Shown: positions 60,363-64,000 of the stretch, in pieces | Position numbering within the stretch: position 1 is the stretch's first letter | Layout: each line of letters begins with the position of its first letter | NCBI GenBank assembly: GCA_963793305.1 | Contig: CAWBZV010000003.1 | Coordinates: 256,001 to 320,000, forward strand | Source of the DNA: an uncultured Gemmatimonadales bacterium | GTDB taxonomy: Bacteria; Gemmatimonadota; Gemmatimonadetes; Gemmatimonadales; Gemmatimonadaceae | DNA: 64,000 nt | Direction of reading: 5' to 3' | Translations under genes and position numbers: made by a program | Notes under the pieces: generated by a model | Seen by the model: only the letters and a program-made list of their open reading frames with translations | Database searches by the model: none | What the model was told of the DNA's origin: nothing

Positions 60363-61305
60363 GATTGAAAATCAGGAAGCAATGGACGATTTAGCGTCCC
60401 GGCTGGACGCCACGAGGCTCCGGCGGGATGTCGCGCTAGCCCCCTACACCACGTTCCGTATCGGAGGTCCCGCCGACCTCTTCTACGATGCAACCGCGGC
60501 TGACGATCTCGCAAATGCGGTGCTCGCGGCCCGAGCAACGGGCGTTCCATACTTCATCCTGGGGCTCGGCGCCAATATTCTCGTCGGCGACCGGGGCGTC
60601 CGTGGCCTGGTTATTCACAACGTCGCCGACCGGCACCGGTTCAGCGAGGATGGCCTCCTGTGGACCGAAAGCGGCGCTGTCCTCGGCCGCCTGATCCCGC
60701 AGGCCGTCGCCCTCGGCTGGTCGGGTCTCGAGCACTACGTCGGCATCCCGACGACCGTTGGGGGCGCGATCTGGCAGAACCTCCACTTCCTGTCGCCCGC
60801 GCCCGAGCGCGAGCGCACCATGTTCATCGAGGAGATCTTTGCCTCGGCCGAGCTGCTCACCACCGACGGCAGCCGGTGTATTGCCGACCGGTCGATGATG
60901 CAATTCGGGTATGACACGAGTCTCCTGCACCACCACCGCCACACGGTCCTCGCGGTCACGTTCCAACTGACCCGCGGCGACATCGCGGCCATGCACAAGA
61001 TCATGCAGGAGAACTTGAGCTGGCGCGGCGGCAAGCACCCCTGGCTCGAGTATCACCCGAGCGCGGGATCGATTTTCCAGAAAATCGAGGGCGTCGGGGC
61101 CGGGCGCTTGATCGAACAAGCGGGGCTCAAAGGGTTCCGCATCGGCGACGCTCAGATCTCGCACATCCACGCGAATATCATGGTGAACCTCGGCCAGGCC
61201 ACCGCCCGCGATGTCCGTTCTCTCATCGCCACCGCCCAGGACGCGGTCGAGAAACAGTCGGGTTATCGTCTGCAACCCGAGATCGGGTTTATAGGCGAGT
61301 TCTAG
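60361..61305 (+). CDS. murB: UDP-N-acetylmuramate dehydrogenase (start may be 60382)
   Basis: TTFRIGGPA, LGLGANIL, PSAGSIF and HANIMVN motifs. Confidence 0.93.
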   Translation: MIENQEAMDDLASRLDATRLRRDVALAPYTTFRIGGPADLFYDATAADDLANAVLAARATGVPYFILGLGANILVGDRGVRGLVIHNVADRHRFSEDGLLWTESGAVLGRLIPQAVALGWSGLEHYVGIPTTVGGAIWQNLHFLSPAPERERTMFIEEIFASAELLTTDGSRCIADRSMMQFGYDTSLLHHHRHTVLAVTFQLTRGDIAAMHKIMQENLSWRGGKHPWLEYHPSAGSIFQKIEGVGAGRLIEQAGLKGFRIGDAQISHIHANIMVNLGQATARDVRSLIATAQDAVEKQSGYRLQPEIGFIGEF

Positions 61306-63467
61306 ATAGAGCTGCCAAACACGATCAGGGCGCTCCACCCCGGCGTGGGACCGCGACCGTCCAGCGCGCGCGCCGCGCCGATGCCGAGTGCACCGCCGAA
61401 GGCGCGCACCAAAAAATCGAGCGAGGTCCGAAAGCCATCACTCGGCGCCGAGGCAGGAAATGGCAACGGTGCGTCGGTGGCGGGGTTGACGCGGGGACCC
61501 AGACCGAGCAGCGCGGCACGCGCCGCGGACGTGCTAGCCTCAGCCCAGCCAGACCGAACGCCGATCGCTAGTTCCGGTGCTACTGCAGGCAAGAACACGC
61601 GGTTGAGCCGCAACGGCGCTCGAAGCCACGGCAGCTGGTACCCAACTTCGGTCTGTAACACGGTCGCCTGGTCGCCCCCGAACTGCTTGTAGTCATAGGC
61701 CGTAAGCCCTTCCAACGTGCCAATTTGAAACAGCTGCTGCGGCGGTATCGTACGTCCTGTAACGAGCCCCCCGTCGGCACGTGCCGTCAGGATAAACGGC
61801 CCCGCGAACTGTCGGCCAACGAGCCGCGCCTCGACGCGCTGCCAAGCGATGTCGCCAGTCGCCCATTCGTAGTGAATCTGCGCCCCCACCCCGGGACGCA
61901 CGAACACGAGGTCGACGTCCGGATGGAAGTCGATGGTCACCGCCACTCGCTCATAGGTCCCGTTCTCCACGCCCCGATTCGGCCGAAACAGCGAGTCGGG
62001 CATGAAGACGTTGGGAAAGATCGGCGGCCGTCTGAGCCGGGCGACATTGTAGCGATCATCGCCCGGACCCGCGTCGACCCGGATGACGGCCTCACGCTCC
62101 GGACCGAGCGTTCGAGTCGCCGAGAACGTCAGCGATCGTCGATCCACGTAGTCGAACTCGTCCTGCGTGAACAGCGGCTCGATCGTGGGCGCCGAGGTAA
62201 ACGCTGTCGTGAACACGTTGGTATTATCGAGCTGCCGCGCCGCTCGCAGCCCCAGTTGCCACGGGCCGCGAGTCCACGTAAGCCCGGCTCCGCCACGGAA
62301 GGTCGCCTCGGTCCAGGCATACCCGACGTTCGCTCTTGCCACGAGTCCCGGAGCCGCATCCCGAAACCGCAGCTGACCCGCGAGCCCAGTGTACGCGCCT
62401 TCGACTCGGTCGAAATGAAAGAAGTCGGCGAACTTGTCATACGAGAGATCGACCGTCGGCTTGCCGGTCGTGCGCCACGATGGCGGGGCGAGATCGGTGA
62501 AATCATCGGTCCGCATGCCCGCTGTCACCGTGCCAAGCGGCGCGCTCCAGTCGCCGTACCGCGACAGGCTGTCGGACGGCGCGAACGTCAGCGTATGCGG
62601 CACCCGCCGCAGGGTATCGGCCTGGACGACCGTGTCGTTCACCGCATAGCGCGACCACTGGGACACCACCCGCAGCGCGGAGCGGGCGTCCCCGGTGAAC
62701 GGAGAGGCAACCTGACCCTCGATGCGCTGCGTGGTTGGAAGCCAGTAGGTCCCATCGACCTCGCCATTTTGAAGGTCGACCGCGAAAAACGACCGGAGCA
62801 TTGGGTAAGCCATCGGGCTCCGGCCCAGCAGGTTGAACGATCCGCGCATGCGCACGATCTGGTACCGCGTCCCGTCGAGAAAGACATTGCCCTGAAAGAG
62901 GCCGATGGGCTGCTTTCGGCTGCCTCTCAGTCGCGGCTCGACGTGCACCCGGATGAGCGGCACCTGTCGCCCGCCGGGCAACCGCAGAATGACGACCGTA
63001 TCGCCACCCGAGAAGGCGTAGGCACTGTCGCGATCGGGCGCGAAGGGATGGGCGACAATGAACGCGCGGTTGCCTCCCCGGCCTCCTTGCGGACGCGTGG
63101 CGCGGCCCGTGTCGGCGCCGAACATGACGTTGATCCGGTTGCCATACAGCACCGGAACCGTCCATGCTCGGTGCATAAAACCCAGCATGGAAATGGTCAG
63201 CGTCGACATCTGCGCACGGTATCCGACCACGTGCTGGTCGTAGGAGCCGTTCCGGAGCCAGCGCGACTCGCTCGCGACCTGTTCGACCTGCACGGCGCTC
63301 TCGGTGCCACCGGAGCGCTTGATCACGACCGTGATCTCGCTCTCGATATGGGCGCGGTACGACGACAAGCTTTCCGGGACGACGCGGTTGTGCGCGGCGG
63401 CCGAGTCGACCAAGGCCTTGAGCGACGAATCGGGAAGCGGTATAAAAAGCGCGAGGATGTGTAGCAT
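61302..63467 (-). CDS. large hypothetical outer-membrane protein
   Basis: YWLP motif and FHFDRVEG, followed by amphipathic beta-strands. Confidence 0.65.
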   Translation of the reverse strand: MLHILALFIPLPDSSLKALVDSAAAHNRVVPESLSSYRAHIESEITVVIKRSGGTESAVQVEQVASESRWLRNGSYDQHVVGYRAQMSTLTISMLGFMHRAWTVPVLYGNRINVMFGADTGRATRPQGGRGGNRAFIVAHPFAPDRDSAYAFSGGDTVVILRLPGGRQVPLIRVHVEPRLRGSRKQPIGLFQGNVFLDGTRYQIVRMRGSFNLLGRSPMAYPMLRSFFAVDLQNGEVDGTYWLPTTQRIEGQVASPFTGDARSALRVVSQWSRYAVNDTVVQADTLRRVPHTLTFAPSDSLSRYGDWSAPLGTVTAGMRTDDFTDLAPPSWRTTGKPTVDLSYDKFADFFHFDRVEGAYTGLAGQLRFRDAAPGLVARANVGYAWTEATFRGGAGLTWTRGPWQLGLRAARQLDNTNVFTTAFTSAPTIEPLFTQDEFDYVDRRSLTFSATRTLGPEREAVIRVDAGPGDDRYNVARLRRPPIFPNVFMPDSLFRPNRGVENGTYERVAVTIDFHPDVDLVFVRPGVGAQIHYEWATGDIAWQRVEARLVGRQFAGPFILTARADGGLVTGRTIPPQQLFQIGTLEGLTAYDYKQFGGDQATVLQTEVGYQLPWLRAPLRLNRVFLPAVAPELAIGVRSGWAEASTSAARAALLGLGPRVNPATDAPLPFPASAPSDGFRTSLDFLVRAFGGALGIGAARALDGRGPTPGWSALIVFGSSI

Positions 63468-64000
63468 GAAAAAAGACAAATACTGGGAGTTGAGTCGCTC
63501 GACGCGATACAGTCTCCTGTTCGCGCTGCCGTTACTCGTTCTCTACGAAGAGTTCGTGGTCCTCCTGTCGCACGGTCCGGCCGGCGGCATTCGCAACGGC
63601 GCTGACGTTGTGTTGCAGCAGGCAGTATACGCCATCGCGGGCCGCTACGAGCCGATTGTGTTCGGCGTGCTGATGCTCGGCATCGGCGGCTTCCTCGTCG
63701 CTCGCGACATGCGGCAACACCGTGGGCCGCTCCGTTGGTCCACGTTTCTGCTCATGCTGGTCGAGTCGCTAGTGCTCGCCGGCATATTCGGAGCGGTCGT
63801 CGGAACGATCACGGTCAACCTGCTGCACTTGAGTGGATACTTAGTGGTGCCCGGCGGCGCCATCGAGCACTCGGCGCTCGCGACACGCGTGATGCTGTCC
63901 CTTGGCGCGGGGATCTACGAGGAGCTGCTCTTCCGCGTGATCATCGCCGGCGCGCTCGACGCTGCCGCGCGCCGCCTCCTCGGCTGGGGTCCATGGTTCG
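63466..64000 (+). CDS. CPBP (Abi) family intramembrane metalloprotease, 3'-truncated
   Basis: Open frame from ATG 63466 (MKKDKYWELSRS...) with TM helices and GAGIYEELLFR; absent from the ORF track because it runs off the window. Confidence 0.85.
   Translation, partial: MKKDKYWELSRSTRYSLLFALPLLVLYEEFVVLLSHGPAGGIRNGADVVLQQAVYAIAGRYEPIVFGVLMLGIGGFLVARDMRQHRGPLRWSTFLLMLVESLVLAGIFGAVVGTITVNLLHLSGYLVVPGGAIEHSALATRVMLSLGAGIYEELLFRVIIAGALDAAARRLLGWGPWF

Overview
GC-rich bacterial chromosomal segment, probably Gemmatimonadota (inferred from gene content, not verified). Most of it is housekeeping: split-alpha transhydrogenase pntAa/pntAb/pntB, divergent arginine operons (argCBD-GNAT / argRGH), ispG, a complete his operon with a His-rich leader-peptide attenuator, an ATP-dependent DNA ligase, an M16 peptidase pair, murB, and several outer-membrane proteins and hydrolases. 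The standout locus is 35160-38744, a Ro60 (TROVE/vWA) + RtcB RNA-repair cassette. It is preceded by about 700 bp of structured non-coding DNA containing (i) a uORF/antiterminator/terminator module and (ii) two tandem tRNA-like units. Each unit carries a Y-RNA-type bulged-C helix, and the first is a full tRNA cloverleaf whose anticodon loop is replaced by that helix. Other notable signals: a three-copy palindromic repeat with cGNAg triloops, one copy inserted in frame in an alcohol dehydrogenase; a degenerate [FeFe]-hydrogenase-like membrane protein next to a Crp-family regulator; a membrane protein with two PmoC/AmoC-like DxxWH motifs; three divergent gene pairs sharing a CATG start; and many apparently leaderless genes. 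Eleven +1 frameshifts in nine genes, seven of them at GAYGTC, look like systematic sequencing errors rather than pseudogenes. All calls were made by eye from motifs; no searches or folding programs were run.
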